Source of the DNA: a bacterium
GTDB taxonomy: Bacteria; UBA8248
Length of the DNA stretch: 64,000 nt
NCBI GenBank assembly: GCA_965261085.1
Contig: OZ253442.1
Span: 64,001-128,000, forward strand
Direction of reading: 5' to 3'
The translations under genes were made by a program, and so were the position numbers. Below, piece by piece: positions 1 to 9,185 of this stretch (position 1 is its first letter; the number at the start of each line of letters is the position of its first letter). The notes under the pieces are model-generated. The model was not told where the DNA came from. It made no database searches and worked only from the letters and a program-made list of their open reading frames with translations.

Positions 1-354
1 CTCCCCCACTTCGTCGAGATAAGCCTGAAAATCTCCGCTTATCTGCGATATAAACGCCACGGCGCGATCGAGCGCGATGAATTCCATGTCCTCGGGGTCG
101 TCGGCGACCTCCTCCTTCAGTTCGGTAAGGACGTCGAGATATTCTTCGGCCTCGGGGCCTGCGGCGGTATCTTTTTTCTCCGAAGGAGCTACCTCCTTCT
201 CCACGAAGTCCGCGAACGGGCCCACTTGGTAGGAGATGAAGCAAAACGCATGGTAGAGCACCTTTTCCTCGATGCCGCCCTCACCCTGCGCGTCTTTTCT
301 GAGTTCATTCAATTTCGCCAAAACGGGTTCGTGCTTCAAGGGCGTCTCCTTCAT
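1..354 (-). CDS. hypothetical acidic helical protein, runs off the window edge; two similar halves
   Basis: Manually translated MKETPLKHEPVLAKLNELRKDA...GDFQAYLDEVGE, open to position 1; not in the ORF track. Confidence 0.6.
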   Translation of the reverse strand, partial: MKETPLKHEPVLAKLNELRKDAQGEGGIEEKVLYHAFCFISYQVGPFADFVEKEVAPSEKKDTAAGPEAEEYLDVLTELKEEVADDPEDMEFIALDRAVAFISQISGDFQAYLDEVGE

Positions 355-534
355 CCATCTCGCTCAAGCGGCGTTTGATATGTGTTTCAGATAGAGGCTT
401 CCGAGAGCCTTATTAAAACAGCCTCCCGCCCCTGGCAAGGCGGGTTCCCCATACATCACGTGAATACAAGCTCCCGCGCAGGGCATTTCAACCCCCCTCT
501 CGCCTATTACATGGGGCCACTCCCCAAGACCATA

Positions 535-1434
535 TCAAAGCGCGCGGGCTTCGACGCCCGCCATGCGCTCGAGCACCTTGATGATGGCGATGTGGTCGAG
601 TTCCCCCTCCCCGTTCGCCACCAGGGAGTTGAATATCTGCGCCACGAGCGATGCGCCCGGAAGCGCCACACCGCGCTCGCGCGCCTGTTCCAGCGCATAG
701 CGCAAATCCTTCACGTGGCTCGTTATCTTCCCGCCGGGGGAGAAATCGCCGGAGAGAATTTTTGGCGCCTTGACCTCCAGGCCCCCGCAACGCGCGAGAC
801 CCGCTCCCATCACTTCCACAAGCGCTGCGGGGTCGAGACCTGCCTTGGCCCCGAAGACGAGCGCCTCGCCCACGCCCAGGAACGTCACGGCCACGAGAAT
901 CTGGTTCGCGAGCTTGGCGATGCACCCCGAACCCGCAGGCTCGCCTACGTGCACAACCTTCGCCCCCAGAACGTCGAGCAGGGGCTTGCAGCGCGAGAAG
1001 ACGTCCTTGGGACCTCCGGCCATGATGGCGAGCGTTCCTCCCGCCGCACCCTCGGGCGCGCCAGAGACCGGCGCGTCGAGCATCCCGACGCCATTCTCCG
1101 AGAGAGCTTCTGCGACGCGGGCCGCGCAAGCCGGGTCGTTGCTCGTGCAGTCCACCAGAACGCTTCCGGGCTTCATGGCGTGAAAGAGTCCGCCCTCCCC
1201 GAAAACCACGTCATTTAAGTTCGGGGCGTCGGGCAGCATGGTGAAGACGACTTCTGAATGCGCCGCCACCTCGGCGGGCGAATCACACGCCCTTGCGCCC
1301 TCGCCCCCGATTTCATCCACCGGCGGGCGGCTGCGGCTCGAAACCGCAAGCGGATGACCCGCCTCCAGAAAACGCCGCGCCATCGGCTTTCCCATCAAAC
1401 CCAGACCTACGAAACCAAGCGCAACCTCGGACAT
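535..1434 (-). CDS. NAD(P)-dependent beta-hydroxyacid dehydrogenase (2-hydroxy-3-oxopropionate reductase/GarR-like)
   Basis: GFVGLGLMG, LDAPVSG and catalytic KLANQ motifs; AGGAGG RBS before ATG at 1434. Confidence 0.9.
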   Translation of the reverse strand: MSEVALGFVGLGLMGKPMARRFLEAGHPLAVSSRSRPPVDEIGGEGARACDSPAEVAAHSEVVFTMLPDAPNLNDVVFGEGGLFHAMKPGSVLVDCTSNDPACAARVAEALSENGVGMLDAPVSGAPEGAAGGTLAIMAGGPKDVFSRCKPLLDVLGAKVVHVGEPAGSGCIAKLANQILVAVTFLGVGEALVFGAKAGLDPAALVEVMGAGLARCGGLEVKAPKILSGDFSPGGKITSHVKDLRYALEQARERGVALPGASLVAQIFNSLVANGEGELDHIAIIKVLERMAGVEARAL

Positions 1435-1673
1435 TTCTTCCCTCCTGGTGGAGTACACACGCTCTTTTGGGGATGATATGGCAACCGGATGGGTGAGACA
1501 AACAGAAGTGTCATGGTTTCGGTCGTCATCCCGGCGGATGAACACCGGGCGGACACACACGATCTTCCCCTTCCCGGGGTGGGGTGACCTCGAAGAGTGG
1601 TCGCCACCCGACGCCCCTACGAGAACCTCCTACCGGCGCGGTTGCGCTCCTGCTTTCTTCCGGAAAGCCTGAC

Positions 1674-3050
1674 CTAGAACTGCCGCACGAAGCGAAGCTC
1701 GGCGCGGGTGCGCTTGTAGTCGTAGAGTTGAGCGTTGGACTCGCGCTTCTCGTTCACCACGACGAGTTGGGGGCTGAAGCCGAAGGTCGTGAAGCCCCGG
1801 TTGAAGATGGAGGCGCTGAAGATGCGGACCTCGTCCTCGCGCGATGAGCCGTCCGTGGTGTAGGGAAACCAGTCGCCCTGATAACCCGTCGAGCGAAGCT
1901 CCGCGTTCGCCCCCACGGTGAAGCCGAAGGGAAGAGCGATGGAGGCGCCCAGGCGTCCCCACCGGCTGCGGTTGCGCCAGATGCGTGATTCGGGATCCTC
2001 GGCCGCGTAGCCGAGCGCGCCCCGGATCTGGAGCGTCGGCGTGAGCACCCACGAACCCACCAGCGCGAGGTCGAGCCGCGGGCCGTCGAAATGTTTGCTG
2101 ATTTCGTAGTCGCGCTCGTGCCAGGAAGCGCGCCCGCTCAGGCGGAGGCGGGGCGTGAGGCGGTGTTCGAGTTCGAAGCGCCCGCCGAACTCGTGGCTGT
2201 GGATGAGGCCGCCGCTTCTGCGCTGGCGCGCGCTGGCGAGCAGGCTCATCTCGGTGTTGGGACTCATCCACCAGCGCGGCCCGGCGTGGAGGGAGATCGT
2301 CATTTGATCGAAGCGGCTCTCCTCGTATTCCCGGCGGGAGATATCCGCGCCCAAGCGCATGCGCAGGCGCTCGCCCAGTGGATGCTGATACTCCCATCCG
2401 CCCCAGAAGACGAAGCCGAGTCCCGAGTTTTCGCCCTCGAACTCGTTGCGGCGGAAAGGCAGATCGTAGATGTAGATGATCTCCGAATCCGACACCGCGC
2501 CGATGTTCGTGTCCGGCGCGATGGAAAAGCCGAAGTGCGCGCTCCAGCGTCTGCGCGCCCGCATGATGCGCAGGAAACGATTGATGTTGGAGACCATCAC
2601 CTTGGGGGGCTTGCCGGCGAGGACGCGATCGAAGTGGCGGCGAGAGAGGTCGTCCTCTCGCTTGTAGAAGAACGCGCGCGCGAGTTCGAGCCTCACGCGC
2701 ACCAGAGCGGGCTTCTCGATGAGAATGATTCTGAGCACGGCGATGGCCGCATCCAGAAGCGCTAACTTCTCCTTCGCCTTTGCCGGAGGCAGGCGCCTCG
2801 AGGCCTCGATGGCCGAAAGGCCGTAGAGGAAGAGCACGTCCGTCCTGTCGGCGCGGCCCTTCGACTCTCTGGCGATGGGGCGCAGAAGTTTAAGCGCCTC
2901 GATGTAGCGGCGCTGTTTGACCAGCCCACGCGCGGCCTGGACCTTGGGGTCTTTGGAAAGATGAGACCGCGCGGCGTCCGCTTCCCCCGCAGTCAGGTGC
3001 GCAAGCGCAATGAGCAGGATGCAGATGATGAGCAGGATGTATTTTTTCAT
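1674..3050 (-). CDS. Slam-family outer membrane protein (surface lipoprotein assembly modulator; TPR plus DUF560 barrel)
   Basis: Signal peptide, TPR segment RVRLELARAFF, PDTNI at barrel start, amphipathic strands ending in F; lies directly downstream of a TbpB-like lipoprotein. Confidence 0.85.
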   Translation of the reverse strand: MKKYILLIICILLIALAHLTAGEADAARSHLSKDPKVQAARGLVKQRRYIEALKLLRPIARESKGRADRTDVLFLYGLSAIEASRRLPPAKAKEKLALLDAAIAVLRIILIEKPALVRVRLELARAFFYKREDDLSRRHFDRVLAGKPPKVMVSNINRFLRIMRARRRWSAHFGFSIAPDTNIGAVSDSEIIYIYDLPFRRNEFEGENSGLGFVFWGGWEYQHPLGERLRMRLGADISRREYEESRFDQMTISLHAGPRWWMSPNTEMSLLASARQRRSGGLIHSHEFGGRFELEHRLTPRLRLSGRASWHERDYEISKHFDGPRLDLALVGSWVLTPTLQIRGALGYAAEDPESRIWRNRSRWGRLGASIALPFGFTVGANAELRSTGYQGDWFPYTTDGSSREDEVRIFSASIFNRGFTTFGFSPQLVVVNEKRESNAQLYDYKRTRAELRFVRQF

Positions 3051-3178
3051 GGCGTACGACGTGAGACGAGCGTGCTCGCGAACGCTCTCCCGCCTGTTTC
3101 TCCCTGGTATGGCGGACTTGCCCGTGGGTTCTTTACCGAATCAGAAGCGGGCGGAGTCTAACCCATTTTCCAGACGAG

Positions 3179-3206
3179 GGGAAGGCGACCCGGAGGCCGC
3201 CTTCCC
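3179..3206 (-). terminator. 12-bp stem hairpin between lipoprotein and slam (attenuator or mRNA stabiliser)
   Basis: Minus strand GGGAAGGCGGCC-TCCG-GGTCGCCTTCCC; no U tract. Confidence 0.5.
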
Positions 3207-3272
3207 GCATCTTGCGTACTGTCCGTCCCCGAACTGCGGGGCGTTGCTCTTGCTATGTCACTTCCAACACTT

Positions 3273-4700
3273 CTACTGCTTTCTCGCGCCGTACGCGCCG
3301 GAAACGTGCCCGTTGGAAAAGTGGGCGTTGAACTCGCCCACCACGACGGTCGGCTGGTTCTTGGCTGTACCGTCGTCAGCGGCTTCGGTGTTTCCCCCGA
3401 CGCCATGGAAGGTTCCATTCCACACCGCTTCGTCTCCACCGCCATTCGCCGTACCGGTGAATTTATTCGTGGCACCGATACCGAAACCACTGGCTTTCAA
3501 ATTCACCGCCCAACTGTTCTCCTCTTCACCGGACAAGACGAAGTTCGAAATGCTTCCGGCGATGGAGTATTGATCGTTGGTAGCCACGTCATCCCCGCCG
3601 AATTTCGCCGTCAACTCGATGTCCGCCGTGAAGGCGCCGGCTGTGGCGCTACCGAGACTTTTCTCGGGATCGACCACGCCCGTAACATCGAAAACCTTCC
3701 TCGCATACACGCCCGCCGCGCCGCCTTCATAAGTCGCGCTGCCCACGACATTCATCATGTCGGTACCGGGGAACTCCTCGATCGACGAACCCGCGAAGGT
3801 CTGCACGGCGTTGTAGGTGGTCACGCCGTCTTCATCCGTCGTCTTTTTCAACCAGAAGCCGTAATGCAGAAAATCGCCGTCCGGCACAGGGGACATGGCG
3901 CCTTCATCGGGAGTGAATATCCATTCGTCGGTAACCGCGGTTACTTCACCTTTGGCGTTGAGGGTGACCGTACAATCATCATTACCATTACACCTGTACG
4001 TGCCCGGCGCGCTGTTGTAGGTGCCCACGACCTCGGCAGCTTCGTCCGTATTTTGGGTGCCCGGGTCGTCAGAGTCGAAAGTGAGAACAGCCGCGCCGGT
4101 GGCGCTGAAACCAGCCGACATTATCTTTGAGGAATTGGCAGTCAAGACCAAGATCGCTTCATCCGTGGGTTGTGGTGAATCGTTGTCCGTGTTGGTGCTG
4201 ACAGTCAGTTCTTGCCCGGCTACCTTCGCGAACTCCGTGGCCTTGGGCGCTTCGATATCGGTGTGGACGACCACGATTTCCGTCTCGCCGGCATCATTCG
4301 GGCCGCGGACGTTCATGCCCATGCCGTTCATCACGAATTTCGGATCATCGTCACCGTTCATCCGGGGATCGGTGACTTCGACGCCGGTGTGTTTGATCGA
4401 GACCGTGTACCTGTCGGCATTATCGGTATCGTCAAACGCTCCCGAATTCGTCCCGGGCGTCGCAGAGGCCTCGGCATTGATGGCCATCGCTTTCGTCAAC
4501 GCCTCCGCCGTCATCACATCAATTTCTTCCTGTGTGGGGCCTACCGGCTCCGGATCTGGATCCGGCATCACCACCGGCGGATCCGTCATCTCCACCTTCG
4601 TGTCGTTACTTCCGCTGCAGCCGGCCAGCGTCGCCGCGAGCAGGAGCGCCATTCCGAAAACATACAATTTGTTGATGGGTGTTTTTACGCAGAACAACAT
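3273..4700 (-). CDS. surface lipoprotein with TbpB-like C-terminal beta-barrel (probable Slam substrate)
   Basis: Lipobox LAGC, Pro/Asp linker, GSATYEGGAAG...GEFNAHFSNGHVSGAYGA barrel motifs; GAGGAGG RBS. Confidence 0.8.
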   Translation of the reverse strand: MLFCVKTPINKLYVFGMALLLAATLAGCSGSNDTKVEMTDPPVVMPDPDPEPVGPTQEEIDVMTAEALTKAMAINAEASATPGTNSGAFDDTDNADRYTVSIKHTGVEVTDPRMNGDDDPKFVMNGMGMNVRGPNDAGETEIVVVHTDIEAPKATEFAKVAGQELTVSTNTDNDSPQPTDEAILVLTANSSKIMSAGFSATGAAVLTFDSDDPGTQNTDEAAEVVGTYNSAPGTYRCNGNDDCTVTLNAKGEVTAVTDEWIFTPDEGAMSPVPDGDFLHYGFWLKKTTDEDGVTTYNAVQTFAGSSIEEFPGTDMMNVVGSATYEGGAAGVYARKVFDVTGVVDPEKSLGSATAGAFTADIELTAKFGGDDVATNDQYSIAGSISNFVLSGEEENSWAVNLKASGFGIGATNKFTGTANGGGDEAVWNGTFHGVGGNTEAADDGTAKNQPTVVVGEFNAHFSNGHVSGAYGARKQ

Positions 4701-5020
4701 TGAGTGAGTCCTCCTCATCGTCGTGATAAGGCCTCCATGAGAAGGCCCCCATATGAGACCCTCAAAGAGAAGGCCTCCCGTGTGATACTAGAAAATCAAA
4801 TTGTCATCCTTCTGATCATGGAATCAAAGCCTACCTTGGCCCCGATGGCCATGCGGACAGATACGCCAGTCCGGAAACATAAAATTTTTGATGGGTGTTT
4901 TGGTGCAGAACAACATTGTGTGAGTCCTCCTCATCGTCGTGATAAGGCCTCCTTGAGAAGGCCTCCCGCCATACTAGAAAATCAAATTACCATCCTTCTG
5001 ATCATAGAGTCAAAGTCAAT
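4653..5020. repeat. degenerate direct duplication (offset 216 bp at the ATGs) of the lipoprotein 5' end and upstream region
   Basis: GCAGAACAACATTG.GTGAGTCCTCCTCATCGTCGTGATAAGGCCTCC occurs near 4690 and 4906; ATACTAGAAAATCAAATT occurs twice. Confidence 0.85.
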
Positions 5021-5592
5021 CTCGACCCCTACGTCCATGATGCTGGAACTGCCTGAAGTAAAACGGTGAATCTTTCCCTGCCTACCACAGCCTTTTTCGA
5101 TATTCAACCTCCTTTCTCGTGTTTCCGGCTTTCCGATGTTCTCCGACTCCCATGATCATGATGCCTCAAGCTACTCTCGCGCAAGCATTACACGCGGAAG
5201 TTTCAGCCGTAGCAAAATTATGAATTCTCCTTTGATTTACCACATTCGCCTCTCGCGTTCAAGCCCTTTATCGGCTCCGCCGGGCGGAGAATTCGTCCCC
5301 TCCGCGCGTGGGGCTTCAAGGCGTCTTGCGGTTTGCGCCGCGTCCCCGTTACACGCGTGTAGCGCATCTTCATGAAAATACGGGTCTCGCTGTTCGTTGC
5401 GAATGAGCGTAATAAATAGTTTGCAATATCCCGGGGATAAGTTCAACCCCCCTTTTTTCGGGTGAATCGCGACCAAGTCGCGCGCCTTTTATTTTCGTGT
5501 TCACCTCGCGCGTTAGTGATATGATGGCCCGACGCGCGACAAAAAACCGACGGTGACATGATGTTCTCATGTGTCACGAACGAGGGAGCCCG

Positions 5593-6372
5593 ATGGACAA
5601 TTCCGAATACGACAATAAATTCAACCAATACCTGCGCCTCTCCTCGTTTCCCGTGGCGGTGAAGTTTCTGGAATCCTGGGAGGAGGTTCCGCCCCGGACG
5701 AAGCGGCCCAAAGACGACCTGGGCAACCGGTTCACCACCTGCCAGGCGGTCTCCATGGCGCGGCGCTACGGGTGGGCGCTCGCGCTCGGGCGCGAGGACA
5801 GCAGTTGCGTTCTGGGCGCGATGGCGCTCGGCCTCGAAAAACGCCTACCCCATTACACCGAGGGCAACCTGTGCATCGACCTCTATACGGAGAATTTAGA
5901 AGCCGGCCGCCTGAGCGAGGAGAGCGTGCCACGGCTTCCCGAGGGAAAATACGTGGGCGTGCTCGTGGCGCCGCTTCACCGCGCGGCGTTCACGCCGGAC
6001 TCGATCGTCATCTACGGAAACGGGGCGCAGATCATGCGGCTGGGACAGGCATGGCTCTGGAAGCGGGGCGGGACGCTCACGAGCGATTTCAGAGGCAGAA
6101 TCGACTGTGCGGATCTGGCCATCGCCCCCCACACGACGGGAGAACCCCAGATGGTCGTGCCCTGCACGGGGGATCGTATCTTCGGGCAGGTGCAGGACCA
6201 CGAGGTGGCCTTTTCGTTTCCCTACACGGTGATCGGGGAGATACTGGAAGGCCTCGAAGCCACCCACAAGGCGGGAGCGGCGCGCTACCCGGTGACGAAC
6301 TGGCTGAATTACTCGGGTGGATTTCCGCCCTCTTATGACCAATACCGGGAGATGCTGGAGGAGGAAGAATAA
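5593..6372 (+). CDS. DUF169 family protein
   Basis: PVAVKF, TTCQAVSMARRYG, C..GAMALG, PD.IVIYGNGAQIMRL, CAD and PCTGDR motifs. Confidence 0.85.
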   Translation: MDNSEYDNKFNQYLRLSSFPVAVKFLESWEEVPPRTKRPKDDLGNRFTTCQAVSMARRYGWALALGREDSSCVLGAMALGLEKRLPHYTEGNLCIDLYTENLEAGRLSEESVPRLPEGKYVGVLVAPLHRAAFTPDSIVIYGNGAQIMRLGQAWLWKRGGTLTSDFRGRIDCADLAIAPHTTGEPQMVVPCTGDRIFGQVQDHEVAFSFPYTVIGEILEGLEATHKAGAARYPVTNWLNYSGGFPPSYDQYREMLEEEE

Positions 6373-6651
6373 GGGCATCGCAAACCCTCCTTCCTCAGTC
6401 GGCGAACCCTCCCGCATTGGTCGGGTTCGACCCGGTGACGAACTGGCTGAATTACTCGGGTGGATTTCCGCCCTCTTATGACCAATACCGGGAGATGCTG
6501 GAGGAGGAAGAATAAGGGCATCGCAAACCCTCCTTCCTCAGTCGGCGAACCCTCCCGCATTGGTCGGGTTCGACCCGGTGACGAACTGGCTGAATTACCC
6601 GGGTGGATATCCGCCCTCTTATGACCAATACCGGGAGATGCCGGAGGAGGA
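6287..6651 (+). repeat. 143-bp tandem repeat (~2.5 copies) made of the DUF169 3' end plus a spacer
   Basis: ACCCGGTGACGAACTGG starts at 6287, 6430 and 6573; the third copy has 3 substitutions and is truncated. Confidence 0.95.
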
Positions 6652-6773
6652 GAAAGCCGACTGTTGAGGTCGCGACCTGTCACTACGAGGGTGCGTAGAG
6701 GTCAGCCCTTACGTTTTTCTCGCTCTCAGGAAAGGTGAGCGACAAGAAGTTCGTGTTTCACCAGAGGAGAAAG

Positions 6774-7691
6774 ATGGAAAGAACGGGTACAGAAAACGAA
6801 GGAGGCGTCAACCGCCTGCACCGCGCGGCGCTCATCAGCGAGACGGCGGTCGTCGTGGAATCCTTGCTCGCCGAGGGAGCGGACGCGAACGCGCGCGACG
6901 AGAAAGGACGCACGGCGCTCTACATCGCGGCGGCGCTCAACGAGACGCCCGGCATCGTGACCGCCCTGGCCAAGGCGGGCGCGGACGTGAATGTGCAGGA
7001 CTCCGCCGGCGCGACGCCCCTGCACGCAACGGCGCGGCACACCCCGGCGCCCGAGATCGTGAAGGAATTGCTCGACGCAGGCGCGGACCCCGGGGCCACG
7101 GATAAATACGGACGTACGCCCTTACACCTCGCGGCGCAAGGGGAAAGCCCCGCCGTCGTGGAAGTACTGATCAACGGCGGAGCGGAGGTCGATGCGCGCG
7201 ACGAGCATGAACGCACGCCCCTGTACATCGCGGCGGCGTTCAACGAAATCCCCGGCGTCGTGAAAACCCTGGTCGAAGCGCGCGCGAACGTGAACGCCCG
7301 GGACAACAACGGAGGCCCTCCCCTGCATGCGGCGATACGAAGCGCCTTGACGCCCGAGAAAATAGAGACGCTGCTCGCCGCCGAAGCGGACCCTAAAATC
7401 AGTGACAAATACGGACGCACGGCCTTGCACTTCGCGGCGCAGGGCGATTCACCCACCATCGTAAGCACGCTTATCGACGCGGGCGCGGAGTTGCACGCGC
7501 GCGACGCGCGAGGGGGTTGGACGCCGCTTCATCTTGCGGCGTGGATCTGCAGGACGCCCGCCGTCCTCACCGTTCTGCTCGATGCGGGCGCGAACCCCAG
7601 GGTTCGGGACGAGGACGGAAAAACGCCACGGAATTTCGCCGAGAAGAACATCTTCCTCAGAGACGACGCGGTCTTCAAGCGACTGAAATAG
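6774..7691 (+). CDS. ankyrin repeat protein (no signal peptide; alternative GTG start at 6735)
   Basis: Repeated G.TPLH.AA...V..LL.AGA..NARD. Confidence 0.92.
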   Translation: MERTGTENEGGVNRLHRAALISETAVVVESLLAEGADANARDEKGRTALYIAAALNETPGIVTALAKAGADVNVQDSAGATPLHATARHTPAPEIVKELLDAGADPGATDKYGRTPLHLAAQGESPAVVEVLINGGAEVDARDEHERTPLYIAAAFNEIPGVVKTLVEARANVNARDNNGGPPLHAAIRSALTPEKIETLLAAEADPKISDKYGRTALHFAAQGDSPTIVSTLIDAGAELHARDARGGWTPLHLAAWICRTPAVLTVLLDAGANPRVRDEDGKTPRNFAEKNIFLRDDAVFKRLK

Positions 7692-7976
7692 GAGAATACA
7701 ACCAGGCGAAGTGGTGAAATGCGAACACCGCCGCAGGGACGGGCCTCCGCGCCTGTCCATTTTTATGTGTTCACCCTTACAACGCGCAAATGCAACCCTC
7801 GAATGAACAAGACGACACATCATTACACGGAGGCGGGCCCGAGAAGGGGCCGCCACTCCGGGGCAACGCGACTCCTGACCCGGCTTTCCGCATGCGCCGG
7901 AAGAGCGATACAATCGGACGGCGAAAAACACCACGACCAAACGAAAAACCATCCCGACCACGAGGGGAACACGGGA

Positions 7977-8855
7977 ATGACTTTACACACAAAGGCGCGG
8001 CGGGCGGCGCTTGCACTCGCGCTCGCCGCAGGCATGATACCGGGACTCGCAAGCGCTGCGCCCGTATCGTGCGAGCATTGGAACACGCTCGCCTTTTTCA
8101 TTCGCGCCGGGGCGGCGGACGTCGCCCGGTGCCTCAAGACGAAAAACGCGAACGCGCGCGACGCGGCCGGACTCACCCCCATGCACCGCGCGGCGGGCTT
8201 CGGCAGGACGCCCGCCCTGGTGAGAACCCTGGCGAAGGCGGACGCTCAGCCGAACGCGCGGGATGTGAACGGCATGACGCCGCTCCATCTGGCGGTGAAC
8301 TTTAACAGGAATCCCGCCGTCGTGACCGCGCTCATCGCCGCCGGGGCCGAAATCGAAACGAGAGAACAGCGCGGGTGGACGCCGCTCCACCTCGCGGCGG
8401 CCTTCGGCAAGCCGCCCGCCGTGGTGCGCGCGCTCACGAAAGCGGGAGCGAAGGTGGACGCGCAGACGGGCATCGGACGCACGGCGCTCCATCTGGCCGC
8501 GCAGGGGGGTGCGCCCGAAACCGTGGCCGCGCTCATCAAGGCTGGAGCGAAGGTAAACGCGCGGGACATATTCGGGCGCGCGCCGCTTCATCTGGCCGCC
8601 CAGGGAGATTCTCCCGCCGCCGTACGCGCGCTGCTGAAAGCCAGGGCGAGGGTGAACGCGCGCGATAAGCGCGGCGCGTGGACGCCGCTTCATCTCGCGG
8701 CGTGGTTCGGCAAGAGCCCCGCCGTCGTCCGCGCGCTCATCCGGGCCGGGGCCAACCCGCGCGCGAAGGATAAATCCGGCAAAACGCCTCTTGACTACGC
8801 GAAACAAAACCCGGCGCTCAAGGGGAACCTCTCCCACTTCAAGCGGAGGAAGTGA
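7977..8855 (+). CDS. secreted ankyrin repeat protein
   Basis: Signal peptide ending ...GLASA, CEHWNT..FF...V.RCL cap, multiple TPLHLAA repeats. Confidence 0.92.
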   Translation: MTLHTKARRAALALALAAGMIPGLASAAPVSCEHWNTLAFFIRAGAADVARCLKTKNANARDAAGLTPMHRAAGFGRTPALVRTLAKADAQPNARDVNGMTPLHLAVNFNRNPAVVTALIAAGAEIETREQRGWTPLHLAAAFGKPPAVVRALTKAGAKVDAQTGIGRTALHLAAQGGAPETVAALIKAGAKVNARDIFGRAPLHLAAQGDSPAAVRALLKARARVNARDKRGAWTPLHLAAWFGKSPAVVRALIRAGANPRAKDKSGKTPLDYAKQNPALKGNLSHFKRRK

Positions 8856-8946
8856 ACTTCCCCCTCACCCGGAAACGGCCATCTGGCCGCCCAGGCAATT
8901 CCTCATTTTCCATCGGAACAATCCCTCGCTCATCGGTCGGGATTGA

Positions 8947-9085
8947 CCCGTCGTCGTCCGCGCGCTCATCCGGGCCGGGGCCAACCCGCGCGCGAAGGAT
9001 AAATCCGGCAAAACGCCTCTTGACTACGCGAAACTAAACCCGGCGCTCAAGGGGAACCTCTCCCACTTCAAACGCAAGAAGTGAA
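8947..9085 (+). repeat. second copy of the last ~138 bp of the ankyrin gene (source 8718-8856)
   Basis: Near-identical copy at offset 229 bp with 5 substitutions; same-frame stop retained. Confidence 0.95.
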
Positions 9086-9185
9086 ATCGTACTGGCGGTC
9101 CCTCTTCGGGGTGGCGGGCATATATGCCCAACCCTACAGGCGATCATTTCTGCGCGTCATCTTCGAATGCCTTCAACCGGGACCG

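Noticed and set aside
4704-5628. Short ORFs between the lipoprotein and DUF169 genes
   Set aside because: No recognisable motifs; the 121-aa ORF simply translates the duplicated leader
6287-6651. CRISPR array or tRNA fragment (GGTTCGACCC)
   Set aside because: The unit is 143 bp with identical spacers and is derived from the gene tail; there is no cloverleaf around the T-loop-like string and no cas genes
8718-9085. DGR template/variable repeat pair
   Set aside because: The differences involve T, C and A rather than adenines only, and there is no reverse transcriptase in the window
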